DNA of 60,130 nucleotides, filler included, from 3 parts of 3 records of this genome joined end to end with filler, not necessarily neighbours in it, one strand, 5' to 3'; counted from the first letter of the whole stretch, positions 30,976 to 40,019 are shown. The notes: a model not told the origin generated them from the letters alone. Made by a program: numbers and translations.

Positions 30976-31021
30976 GCCGGAGTGGTGAAACTGGTAGACG
31001 CACTGGACTCAAAATCCAGCG
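30976..31021 (+). tRNA. tRNA-Leu(CAA), 5' half only, cut by the gap
   Basis: GCCGGAGTGGTGAAACTGGTAGACGCA (acceptor and D arms), anticodon arm CTGGA-CTCAAAA-TCCAG. Confidence 0.93.
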
Positions 31022-31121
31022 NNNNNNNNNNNNNNNNNNNNNNNNNNNNNNNNNNNNNNNNNNNNTTAATTAATTAANNNNNNNNNNNNNNNNNNNNNNN
31101 NNNNNNNNNNNNNNNNNNNNN
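31022..31121. other. Artificial contig spacer
   Basis: N run containing TTAATTAATTAA (stops in all six frames) at 31066-31077. Confidence 0.98.
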
Positions 31122-33296
31122 AATATGAGTCACGAAATTCGTACGCCTATGAACAGCATCATTGGGTTCGGGCATTTGATGCAAAGTGCCGATCTCGACC
31201 CTGCACATCGTGAATACTTAAATAAGATGATGTCCTCGGCTGATTCTCTGTTGTCGATCATCGGTGATATCCTTGATTTTTCGAAGATTGAAGCAGGTAA
31301 ATTCGTATTGGAGGATGTTGAATTCCAACTGGACCATGTGCTGGAAAAAATTTGCAATATGGTTGCGGTCAAGGCGGAGTCCAAAGGGGTTGATTTTGTT
31401 CTTTCTGTTGATCCTGAAGTCCCTTTATATATGCGTGGAGACCCGTTACGTCTTGAGCAGGTGCTGACCAATCTTGTAAACAATGCGGTTAAGTTCACGG
31501 AGATGGGGGAAGTTAACCTGGTTGTCTCCTGTGAGGATAATTGCGCCGGCGAAGCATCAATAAAATTTATTGTCCGGGATAGTGGCATTGGTTTGAGTAA
31601 TGAGGAAATAACCATGCTTTTCAATTCCTTCACTCAGGCTGATGCTTCCACCACCCGAAAGTATGGTGGCACCGGGCTGGGGCTGGCTATTGCCCGCTCC
31701 CTTGTGGAATTAATGGGCGGTAACGTTAATGTTGAGAGTCAGCCCGGAGTGGGGAGTTCTTTTTATTTTACCGTGCAACTGACTGCTATGGATAAAGGCA
31801 GCATAATGTCTTTGCCTGCAGGGAAAGAGGGCTTGAAAGTTCTTGTGGTTGAGAGCAATAGACTGGCCCGTGAATTTATCCGCTCCGCATTGGAAAAATC
31901 CGGTTTTATGGTTGCGGTAGACAGTTCAGCTTCCGGTGCACTTGAAAGGCTTGAAGCACATGCGGATATGGATGATTTCGGTTTGATTCTTGTGTCCGGT
32001 AAATTGCAGGATATGCATGTGTTTAAGGTTGTTGAACGGATCAGGACTCTCTCCGCGCTGGAGCATGTGCCGATTGTTTTAATGGCCCCTGTGAACATTG
32101 ATGAATCTTTTCGCAAGGAAGCTGCTCTTATTGGTGTTGACGGGTTTGTTACCCGGCCGGTTTCTCGCATTTCATTGTATTCTGCATTGCAGGGTGAATT
32201 CAGTGAAGTTCAACAGGCGGTTCTTCCTGTTGCAGATTGGCAGGGTGCTGTTGAACTTGAATTGACTGGGCAGAAACCGAAAATTTTACTTGTGGAAGAT
32301 AATGAACTCAACCAGCAGGTTGCCCGGAGAATGTTGGAAGGCATGGGGCTTGAGGTTGATGTGGCCGATAATGGACGTAAGGCTTTGGAAGCCTTGGAGG
32401 CTGAGGCTTACAGTTTGGTCATTATGGATATTCAGATGCCGGAAATGGATGGGCTGACTGCGGCGAAGATTATCCGTTCCAACGAACGCTACAGCAACTT
32501 GCCTATTCTGGCTATGACAGCCCATGCCATGCCTGGTGACAGGGAGAAAAGTCTTGAGGCCGGTATGAATGAACATTTGACTAAGCCTATTGATCCGGAA
32601 GAATTAAGAAAAGCTTTGGGTAAATATCTGGACGCAGATGGTATAATCTATGTCCATGATTCCAACGATCTCTCAGCAATTGATGAAGATCTGCCGGACT
32701 TGCCCGGAATAGACTGTGCCAAGGGGCTGCGTAATATCGGGGGCAAGAAGGATAATTACCTGAAAGTATTACAAGGGTTCAAAGAACGATATGCAGATTT
32801 TCAAGATGAATTGAAAGAGGCTATAGCTGATTCAGAACCGGAACAGGCCTTGATAAAAATTCATTCTTTGAAAGGGGTTTCCGGAAATATCGGAGCTGTA
32901 AAACTTTATGAATTCTGTCGTATTCTGGAAGGAGATCTTCGCGAGGATGACCGTAAAGGATATGAAGATGATCTAGTGCTTTTTGTTTCTGAACTTGATC
33001 TGGTAATCAAGGGATTGCAGGGACTTAAAGTTGCCAGTGGTGATGGCTTCAGGGAATATGTGTACGATAAAGAAAAAAGTTTTAATCTTATTAATAAGCT
33101 GTATATAATGCTTGGCGAAGGTGATGCTGAGTGTGGCGATGTGCTTGACGAATTGCGAACCCATTTTAATCTGGAACGTTTTGAAGAACAACTTGCAGAG
33201 TTAACCCGCTATATTGAAAATTTTGATTTTGATGATGGACGTTCCCTGCTGGAACGAATTGCCGATAAACTGAATCTCACGCTGGATAAAGGGTAG
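31122..33296 (+). CDS. Hybrid sensor histidine kinase (HisKA-HATPase-pseudoREC-REC-HPt), 5'-truncated
   Basis: [33 protein letters not shown]. First REC degenerate, second [16 protein letters not shown], HPt [12 protein letters not shown]. Confidence 0.95.
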   Translation, partial: NMSHEIRTPMNSIIGFGHLMQSADLDPAHREYLNKMMSSADSLLSIIGDILDFSKIEAGKFVLEDVEFQLDHVLEKICNMVAVKAESKGVDFVLSVDPEVPLYMRGDPLRLEQVLTNLVNNAVKFTEMGEVNLVVSCEDNCAGEASIKFIVRDSGIGLSNEEITMLFNSFTQADASTTRKYGGTGLGLAIARSLVELMGGNVNVESQPGVGSSFYFTVQLTAMDKGSIMSLPAGKEGLKVLVVESNRLAREFIRSALEKSGFMVAVDSSASGALERLEAHADMDDFGLILVSGKLQDMHVFKVVERIRTLSALEHVPIVLMAPVNIDESFRKEAALIGVDGFVTRPVSRISLYSALQGEFSEVQQAVLPVADWQGAVELELTGQKPKILLVEDNELNQQVARRMLEGMGLEVDVADNGRKALEALEAEAYSLVIMDIQMPEMDGLTAAKIIRSNERYSNLPILAMTAHAMPGDREKSLEAGMNEHLTKPIDPEELRKALGKYLDADGIIYVHDSNDLSAIDEDLPDLPGIDCAKGLRNIGGKKDNYLKVLQGFKERYADFQDELKEAIADSEPEQALIKIHSLKGVSGNIGAVKLYEFCRILEGDLREDDRKGYEDDLVLFVSELDLVIKGLQGLKVASGDGFREYVYDKEKSFNLINKLYIMLGEGDAECGDVLDELRTHFNLERFEEQLAELTRYIENFDFDDGRSLLERIADKLNLTLDKG

Positions 33297-33301
33297 GAGT
33301 A

Positions 33302-34213
33302 ATGGAAGAGCGATCTAAAATTCTGATTGTCGATGATGAGCGGTTGAATCTTAATGTCCTTTCGGATCTGCTGCGACAGGATTATAAGGTTGTTCTGGCC
33401 AAAAACGGTAATCAGGCTCTTGACCGGATCAATTCTGATAATCCTCCGGATTTGGTACTTCTGGACGTGCTTATGCCGGAAATGGACGGGTATGAAGTTC
33501 TGCGCAAAATCAAATCTTTCGATAAAAGTAAGGATATCCCGGTAGTTTTTATCACCGCCCTTGATTCCGAGCATGATGAGGCCCGTGGTCTCGAAATGGG
33601 AGCTGTTGATTATATTCGCAAGCCTTTCCATCCTCCTATTGTCAAGGCAAGGGTCAAAAATCATCTGACTATTGCAAGGCAGCGCAAACTTCTGGAAGGA
33701 CTTGCCAATCTGGACGGGCTTACCGAAATGCCCAATCGTAGAAGTTTTGAGTTGGCTTTGGAAAGGGAGTGGCGCCGGTGCAGTCGTTCCGGGGATAAAA
33801 TGTCGCTGGCTATGCTCGATGTGGACTGTTTCAAGCAATATAACGACAACTACGGCCATACCGCTGGTGATGAGGTTCTGAAAAAGGTTGCTGATGTCCT
33901 GCAGGCCGAGGTCCAGCGGCCGGCTGATGTTGCCGCACGGTACGGAGGTGAAGAATTTGTTCTACTGCTGCCGGATACAGACTCCGATGGCGGCAGGTAT
34001 ATTGCTGAAAAGATCAGGGTCTTGATTTCTGAACTTGGTATCAAGCACGGTTTTTCTTCGGTAAGTAATGTGCTGACAGTAAGTCTTGGTGGAGTGACCG
34101 TGGTCCCGTCTACCTTTTCCAAAGTGAAGGATTTGACAGTTGGCGCGGATTCCATGCTCTACGAGGCCAAGCGCAGAGGAAGAAATATGGTCCTTTGGAC
34201 TGACCTGACCTGA
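33302..34213 (+). CDS. Response-regulator diguanylate cyclase (REC-GGDEF)
   Basis: ILIVDD, LVLLDVLMPEMDG, I-site RPAD, RYGGEEF. Confidence 0.95.
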   Translation: MEERSKILIVDDERLNLNVLSDLLRQDYKVVLAKNGNQALDRINSDNPPDLVLLDVLMPEMDGYEVLRKIKSFDKSKDIPVVFITALDSEHDEARGLEMGAVDYIRKPFHPPIVKARVKNHLTIARQRKLLEGLANLDGLTEMPNRRSFELALEREWRRCSRSGDKMSLAMLDVDCFKQYNDNYGHTAGDEVLKKVADVLQAEVQRPADVAARYGGEEFVLLLPDTDSDGGRYIAEKIRVLISELGIKHGFSSVSNVLTVSLGGVTVVPSTFSKVKDLTVGADSMLYEAKRRGRNMVLWTDLT

Positions 34214-34215
34214 TT

Positions 34216-36891
34216 TTATTCTCCTTCAGGAAACCAGATCTCGTATGAGGTTCCTTCTCCCGGAGTGCTCTGGCATTCAATAGTTCCTTTTAATGCTCTG
34301 GTCACAAGGTTGTATACCAGATGCATGCCCAGTCCTGTGTTCCCTGAACTTCTGGCCGTGGTGTAAAACGGTTCAAACACCTTCAGTATCTGCTCCGTCC
34401 CCATACCTATACCGTTGTCGGAAAAGATCAATTTGACTCCTTTGCCGCTACGCTGGGCAGTAATGGATATTTTGCCTTTATCCATATCCGGGAAAGCATG
34501 GGTCAGTGAGTTGGTCACAATATTGGTTATGACCTGCATTAAAGAGCCCGGCGAAATATTGATTTCCATTCCCTTGGGGCAATCTACAGTAAGTTCGTGT
34601 TTGTACCCCTTGAATTTAGGTTTCAATGATAGCAGTATCCCTTGAATGTATTCGTTCAGGTTAACCTGTCTGACATCGTCTGAGGCCTGATCCACTGCTA
34701 GTTGTTTGAAGTTGCTGATCAGTGTTGCAGAGCGTTCAAGATTTTTCATTATGTTGTTGAGGGCTTCGCTGCCTGTTTTCAGGAATTTTTCAAGGTCCGA
34801 TTTTTTCATCGTGCCGTCTTCAAAGCTGTGCTGTAGGGTTTCAGTCAATTCTTTAATAAAAGAAGCACTGGTCACGCTGATACCCAGCGGAGTGTTGATT
34901 TCGTGGGCTACCCCGGCAACAAGCTCCCCGAGGGATGCCATTTTTTCCGTTTCCACCAGCTTGTCCTGTGTCTGGCGCAGTTCATCCATGGATTTTAGCA
35001 GGGCGGAGTTGGCGTTTTCCAGTTCCGTGGTACGCATGGTAACCCTTTCCACCAGCTCCTTGTTTAAGGATTTCATTTCCTGTTCAACTTCTTTGATGCG
35101 GGAGATGTCTGTGGAAATGGTCAGGATAGCAGGGGTGTTGTTCTCAGCTGAAATATAGGGGACCCGTGTTGTTTCAATCCAGTGGGTGGTCCGGTTTTCA
35201 TCCCGGTAGCTTTCTTCAGTGAGCAGTTTTTCATTTCTTTCAATGACCATGCGGTCATCTTCAAGAATGCGGGTTACTTCCACCGGGTCTTTGATTATTT
35301 CAGGCAGGAATTTTCCGGTGATATCCTCAGTGGTAATCCCCATTTTCTCCGCTTTGATGCTGTTGACCAGCAGGAATTTACCTTCAAGGTCGTTGGCGAA
35401 AATGTCTTGTGGCAGCAAGTTGATAATCTGGCGCAGTCTTGCTTCACTCTCCTGCGCTTTCTGGGTTGCTTTCTTGCTTTCAGTGACATCAAGACCCTGT
35501 AAGAGGATGAAATCTGCATCTTCCTTGGCTCCCATCCGTACCGGAGAAAATGTCCAGATAAAATATTTTTCATCTCCTTCGGCTGGGCAAATGGGTAATT
35601 CTAGGACAGGAGTGAAATCTCCTTTCATGGCTTGTTGTAGTGCCATGTCTATCGTTTCATGATAGTTGTCCGGGAAAAAATTATTCAGTGTTTTGCTTAA
35701 AACCAGCTTGTCATCAAGGCCGATAAGTTTTGCAGCTGCCGGATTCATGTCAAGGATGACTCCGGTTGTGTCGCAGTTGATGATAGGTGCCTTTGCTGAT
35801 GAGAATAGCTTGGAAATATAGGCGCTATTTTCATCCAGTTTTGCAACCATGTTTTCCAGCATTAATCCCAGTTGGTTGAATTCCCTCACCCGGCCGGGGA
35901 TGAAATTTGTTTCCCCTTCTCCTGCTGCTACGCTCTGGGCATAGTCGGTCAGCATTTTCAGGGCTTTCAGGATTCTTTTCTGCAATCCCCAGGCTGTAAA
36001 AATGGCCAAAAGGGCTGCCAGTGAAAGCAGAATGCCCAGATTCTGCATGTAATTTTTTTTTAGGGATTGGAAGGCAGGGTTTTTCCTTACAAAACTGAAC
36101 AACAACGGGCTGTCAGCCTGGTGCGGGAGCAACTGGATGGTGGAGTATATCTGTTCTTCGTCGATTTTGAATTCCCCAGGTTTAATGCCAAGGGTCCAGT
36201 CGATGAGTTTTTTCATCTCCGTTTTGGATGGATTGGATGTGCTTATGATCAACCTGTTCCTGCTGACAAGGGCTGCATTGATTGCTGTGGACACTTTTTT
36301 CAGCCGATCGATGAAAGATACGTTGGAATTCAGGTCTATTCCGCCATAAAGAATGCCGGCAACTTCCCCTGTATGTTCGTTGAAGACCGGGACAGCACAG
36401 ACCAGCATCGTCCTGATATTGTTCAATGATCTGAATGAAAGATAACCCCACGCTGGAGAAGTGGTCATTGTGTTTTTGAATTTATTGCGCAGTTGTACGA
36501 TGGGCAGCTCAATGACTCCGGCCTCAACCCAGTTCCGCCCTTCCCGGTAAATGGTCAGGACATCCAGAAGATATCCTTGGCGGGAGTTCATGAATTCGTA
36601 CAATTTCTGGTCAAGGGATTCACTATCCCCGGAAATGATTGCACCCCGGAAACTTGCATCAAGGGTCATTTCAATGAGGTCATCTTTGATGTCTTCAAGA
36701 GTGTTGTTCAGAGATAGGGCAACAATGCTCTCGGTTTTTTCAATATCAATGGCGATTTCGTTTTCAAGGGTGGTCTTGGACAAGTAGAAAGACCATGAAA
36801 ATATGAATATTCCCATGACAACCACCAGCGCCAGCATCGGGGTCAGCAGTTGTATTGTCAGTCCGAGGGCCTTCCTTGAAAAAAGCTTCAT
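34216..36891 (-). CDS. Sensor histidine kinase with LuxQ-type periplasmic domain, HAMP-like linker, two PAS domains and NtrB-like kinase core
   Basis: Two TM helices flank a segment (RTMLVCAVPVFNEHTGEVAG..DLNSNVSFIDRLKK) resembling the Vibrio LuxQ periplasmic domain as recalled. EKMASLGELVAGVAHEINTPLG H-box, no receiver domain. Confidence 0.85.
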   Translation of the reverse strand: MKLFSRKALGLTIQLLTPMLALVVVMGIFIFSWSFYLSKTTLENEIAIDIEKTESIVALSLNNTLEDIKDDLIEMTLDASFRGAIISGDSESLDQKLYEFMNSRQGYLLDVLTIYREGRNWVEAGVIELPIVQLRNKFKNTMTTSPAWGYLSFRSLNNIRTMLVCAVPVFNEHTGEVAGILYGGIDLNSNVSFIDRLKKVSTAINAALVSRNRLIISTSNPSKTEMKKLIDWTLGIKPGEFKIDEEQIYSTIQLLPHQADSPLLFSFVRKNPAFQSLKKNYMQNLGILLSLAALLAIFTAWGLQKRILKALKMLTDYAQSVAAGEGETNFIPGRVREFNQLGLMLENMVAKLDENSAYISKLFSSAKAPIINCDTTGVILDMNPAAAKLIGLDDKLVLSKTLNNFFPDNYHETIDMALQQAMKGDFTPVLELPICPAEGDEKYFIWTFSPVRMGAKEDADFILLQGLDVTESKKATQKAQESEARLRQIINLLPQDIFANDLEGKFLLVNSIKAEKMGITTEDITGKFLPEIIKDPVEVTRILEDDRMVIERNEKLLTEESYRDENRTTHWIETTRVPYISAENNTPAILTISTDISRIKEVEQEMKSLNKELVERVTMRTTELENANSALLKSMDELRQTQDKLVETEKMASLGELVAGVAHEINTPLGISVTSASFIKELTETLQHSFEDGTMKKSDLEKFLKTGSEALNNIMKNLERSATLISNFKQLAVDQASDDVRQVNLNEYIQGILLSLKPKFKGYKHELTVDCPKGMEINISPGSLMQVITNIVTNSLTHAFPDMDKGKISITAQRSGKGVKLIFSDNGIGMGTEQILKVFEPFYTTARSSGNTGLGMHLVYNLVTRALKGTIECQSTPGEGTSYEIWFPEGE

Positions 36892-36903
36892 GAATGAATC
36901 CTT

Positions 36904-38004
36904 TTAGTTTCCGGAGTATCGGAAGCTCTCCTGTTGCAGTTCTTGCAGACGTTTCGCACTTATACCTTTTTCCAATATTTCAAACCTACCGGAAAATACA
37001 AGGGGGATTTGTGAATTTTTTTTAAGCAGATCAAGAATTACGGCATCGGCCATAGCAACTCCATTATCGTCATTAATACGCATTACCGTGACATCCAGTT
37101 CTCCTTTTTTAATGGCTTTTATTTCCGGTGTACCTCCACCCCAGCCGTTGACCATGATTCGGTCGAGCATGTTTTTTTCCTGCAATCCTTCTACAGCCCC
37201 GAGGGCTATGTCTGTGGAACAGGCATAAATAAATTTAACATCCGGGTGTTGTTCGGTAATCTTTGTGGCTGCCAGACGAGCTTTGCCTTTATTGATTCCG
37301 GTGCGGAAAATTGTTGCCAGTTTGAGAGCGGTTTGGCTGTCCATATACGAAATGAAAGTATTTCCCCTTTCTTCATTCAAATAACCGGGCTCCGGCAGAA
37401 GAATGGCATATTTGCCGCGTCCGCCAGTTTTGCGGGCGAAATATTCTGCAAGTATTTTTGTGCCCTGCGCATGGTCGAATCCTACGTACATGAAGGGCTG
37501 TTTTCCTTCCCATACCTTTAGCGGGGTGGTTATGTTCTGGAGTATTATTTTGGGTTTTCCGGTAATGAGGATAGGTTCAATCATCCTTTGGTGCCGCAAA
37601 GCATCAAGGGTGAAAAAAAGGTAGTCCGGCTCGGTTTCCAAAGCTTTATGAAAGGCGGCAGTCTGCTTGCCCAGTGTGTCTGAAGAATTGATGAAAAATT
37701 TTAGAATACGGGGGCTGGCACCGTATTGTTTCATCCTGTTTTCAAAGGATTCGCAGCTTCTTCGCCAGTAGTCCGAGACCTGTCCGCCTGGATATACAAT
37801 GGCTATTTTAGGGCTTAATTGTTTACTTAGCTGCTTAACGTCATTTCTTTTTACGAGTTTATAGAAATTATCTTCCAGAATTTTTTCGTTGGGATGAAGT
37901 TTTATGTATTGATCAAGAGTATAGTATTTCCCGGCCTTGGCAGGGATAGTGGGAAGCAGAATTGAAAAGAAAGCTATGACGGTCAGAAATTGTCTGAGAT
38001 TCAT
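36904..38004 (-). CDS. luxP: Autoinducer-2-binding periplasmic protein LuxP
   Basis: VYPGGQVSDYW, FTLD, ILQNITTP, QPFMYVGFDH, RGNTF, FIYACSTDIALGA, NGWGGG, DVTVMRINDD match Vibrio LuxP motifs. Signal peptide. Start at MNLRQ (GGAG upstream); 38016 is an alternative. Confidence 0.92.
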   Translation of the reverse strand: MNLRQFLTVIAFFSILLPTIPAKAGKYYTLDQYIKLHPNEKILEDNFYKLVKRNDVKQLSKQLSPKIAIVYPGGQVSDYWRRSCESFENRMKQYGASPRILKFFINSSDTLGKQTAAFHKALETEPDYLFFTLDALRHQRMIEPILITGKPKIILQNITTPLKVWEGKQPFMYVGFDHAQGTKILAEYFARKTGGRGKYAILLPEPGYLNEERGNTFISYMDSQTALKLATIFRTGINKGKARLAATKITEQHPDVKFIYACSTDIALGAVEGLQEKNMLDRIMVNGWGGGTPEIKAIKKGELDVTVMRINDDNGVAMADAVILDLLKKNSQIPLVFSGRFEILEKGISAKRLQELQQESFRYSGN

Positions 38005-38005
38005 T

Positions 38006-38050
38006 ACTGTCTCCATATTTCAATGTTTACACGAGAAATATGGAGACAGT
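38006..38050 (-). promoter_or_regulatory. Perfect 16-bp inverted repeat covering the luxP Shine-Dalgarno
   Basis: ACTGTCTCCATATTTC (38006-38021) / GAAATATGGAGACAGT (38035-38050), 13-nt loop. Confidence 0.7.
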
Positions 38051-38119
38051 GTATCAGAATAACAACTAAATGTAACTCCGCCGGCATGGGCCGTGGAAGA
38101 CATTTTCAGAGCGCGTAGA

Positions 38120-38758
38120 TCAGGAGGTGGCGGCCAGCGGAGTTCGTTGTCTGAGCAGGCTTACTCCGGCATAGACTAGTGGGGTGTCCAGAAAGGCAAT
38201 GCAGACCTTGGCGACCCATTGACCGATGATGATATCGGTTACGGGCATGACTCCGTAAAAGGCAACAGTGACAAAGATAGTTGAGTCAATGAGTTGGGAA
38301 ACGATGGTTGAGAGGTTGTTGCGCAGCCAGAGGTGGTTGCCCTTGGTTTTCTTGCGTAGCAGGTGGAAGAGCCAGACGTCGTTGGTTTGGCTGACAAGAT
38401 AGGCCAGCAGTGAGGCCAGCACGATGCGTGGGGTGTTGCCGAGTACGCTGGCAAAACCTTCCTGTCCGTGCCAGAAGGGGGCGGCTGTCCAGTGCAAGGC
38501 GGCCCATGAAAGGGCGATGGCGGTCAGCAGGGCGATGAATCCGCAATGGATAACTTCGTTTGCCCGTTCCTTTCCCCAGATTTCACTGATAACATCAGAG
38601 ACAATAAAGGTGACGGAGTATGCCAGTACTCCTGCGGGGGCGTAAAAGCCGAAGATACTGATGATCTTGGTTGATACAACCGCGGCCATGACCAGCGAGC
38701 CGATGAAAAGGCTCGTCAGAAGAGTGAACGCTTTGCGTTCAAATGATGAAGAGAGCAT
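38120..38758 (-). CDS. yhhQ: Queuosine precursor transporter (YhhQ/QPTR, Vut_1 family)
   Basis: TFIVSDVISEIWG, RIVLASLLAYLVSQ, LWLRNNLSTIVSQLIDS. Divergent from queF. Confidence 0.93.
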   Translation of the reverse strand: MLSSSFERKAFTLLTSLFIGSLVMAAVVSTKIISIFGFYAPAGVLAYSVTFIVSDVISEIWGKERANEVIHCGFIALLTAIALSWAALHWTAAPFWHGQEGFASVLGNTPRIVLASLLAYLVSQTNDVWLFHLLRKKTKGNHLWLRNNLSTIVSQLIDSTIFVTVAFYGVMPVTDIIIGQWVAKVCIAFLDTPLVYAGVSLLRQRTPLAATS

Positions 38759-38783
38759 TGGGTTCCCTTGTGTTGAATGTTCC

Positions 38784-38858
38784 TGTTTTGAAACGGATTC
38801 CGCCCGACACGAGCAAAAGGGAGAAAGTCCCGCGCCTCGACAAATCCGTTTCGGGGCA
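38784..38858. repeat. Long imperfect hairpin in the yhhQ-queF intergenic region
   Basis: GAAACGGATT (38790-38799) / AATCCGTTTC (38843-38852) perfect, inner CGAG/CTCG and GGGA/TCCC pairs. Confidence 0.55.
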
Positions 38859-38933
38859 AATGTTCAGGGTGCAGGGTTGCCAGCATTTGAGTGAAAAGTC
38901 AAAATGGAAATATGGCTCCGTGGAGGTTTTCTT

Positions 38934-38951
38934 TTGGCGTGCAAGCTGCTA
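38934..38951 (+). promoter_or_regulatory. Candidate sigma-54 (-24/-12) promoter upstream of queF
   Basis: TTGGCGT-GCAAG-CTGCTA with exact GG-N10-GC spacing. Confidence 0.45.
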
Positions 38952-39013
38952 ACAGCCGGGACTCGATTAAGGAACTTTTCAGATTAGACTGTTTATCTAT
39001 GGAGAAGATCACT

Positions 39014-39517
39014 GTGAAAACAACAAAAAGTCAGGATAAGACCGAAGCTCTTGTTTCTCTCGGTCAGGCCGGGGCTACAGAGTACAACTACAACACTCCC
39101 GGTCCCGAAATTCTTGAGACCTTTCCGAATAATTTCCCGGGTAGGCCTTACATCATCAGCATTGAATTTCCGGAGTATACCTCACTTTGTCCGGTGACCG
39201 GACAGCCGGATTTTGCGACTATCATTGTGGAATATATACCCGATGAACTTTGTGTTGAGTCCAAGAGCTTCAAGCTGTACATGGGAGCTTACCGCAACCA
39301 TCAATCTTTTATGGAAACCATCACTAATAATATTCTCGATCATTTCGTTGGCCGTCTTTCACCCCTGTGGATGCGGGTGAAAGGCATATTCTCTCCCCGC
39401 GGTGGAACGGCCCTGCACGTTTTTGCTGAGCACTATAAGAAAGAGAGCGCGCAGTATGAAGAAGTTCGGGAAATGGTTCGTGAATGGAAAATGGAATCAG
39501 CTAGACATTCCGCTTAA
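39014..39517 (+). CDS. queF: preQ1 synthase (type I nitrile reductase)
   Basis: EYTSLCPVTGQPDFA and QueF motif VESKSFKLY, FSPRGG. GTG start after GGAGA. Confidence 0.95.
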   Translation: MKTTKSQDKTEALVSLGQAGATEYNYNTPGPEILETFPNNFPGRPYIISIEFPEYTSLCPVTGQPDFATIIVEYIPDELCVESKSFKLYMGAYRNHQSFMETITNNILDHFVGRLSPLWMRVKGIFSPRGGTALHVFAEHYKKESAQYEEVREMVREWKMESARHSA

Positions 39518-39591
39518 TTTTATTTACGCGCTATATTGAATAGTTATCCTTTCTCAGTCTGTTGTAGGCAGATTCTTTTGATTGCTGCGAC

Positions 39592-39638
39592 TTGACAGAC
39601 TTGGATTAATTTTTATATTTTGCCAAACAGGAAAGTTT
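39592..39638 (+). promoter_or_regulatory. Sigma-70 promoter with overlapping putative ArsR operator
   Basis: TTGACA-16 bp-TATATT. TTTATATTTTGCCAAA (39612-39627) recurs inverted at 40037-40052. Confidence 0.6.
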
Positions 39639-39650
39639 GGAGAAGTTATC

Positions 39651-39980
39651 ATGACAGCAAATATCGAGACAAAATCAAAAGTGTTTAAGGCACTGGGCCA
39701 TCCAAGCAGGCTTGCCATTGTGGAAGCTCTGTGTGATGGCGAACTTTGCGTCTGTGATATTGTGCCCATTGTGGGACGGGATATTTCCACCGTGTCCAAG
39801 CACCTTTCTCTGTTGAAGGATGCAGGGGTGCTTAAAGACAACAAACGGGGGACCAACGTGTATTATCGTCTGGATATGGATTGTGTACCGGGATTCCTGA
39901 ATTGTCTTGAAAACTTTTTTGCCAGGAAATTTGAGGAGCAGGCCAAGGCCTATGCTGCAAGTTCCATAAAAAAATTGTAA
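39651..39980 (+). CDS. ArsR/SmtB family metalloregulator
   Basis: FKALGHPSRLAI, ELCVCDI, STVSKHLSLLK, NVYYRL, C-terminal CxxxFLxC. Confidence 0.93.
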   Translation: MTANIETKSKVFKALGHPSRLAIVEALCDGELCVCDIVPIVGRDISTVSKHLSLLKDAGVLKDNKRGTNVYYRLDMDCVPGFLNCLENFFARKFEEQAKAYAASSIKKL

Positions 39981-39984
39981 GCAG

Positions 39985-40019
39985 GAACAGTTGCAATTTT
40001 GTTGCAGCTGTTCTTTTTT
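39985..40019 (+). terminator. Rho-independent terminator after the ArsR gene
   Basis: GAACAGTTGCAA / TTGCAGCTGTTC stem followed by T6. Confidence 0.65.

Noticed and set aside
31066-31077. TTAATTAATTAA palindrome repeated at 46216-46227
   Set aside because: Synthetic six-frame-stop linker inside N runs, not biological.
38759-39013. Canonical preQ1 riboswitch
   Set aside because: No preQ1-I stem with the conserved loop and A-rich tail found by eye on either strand.
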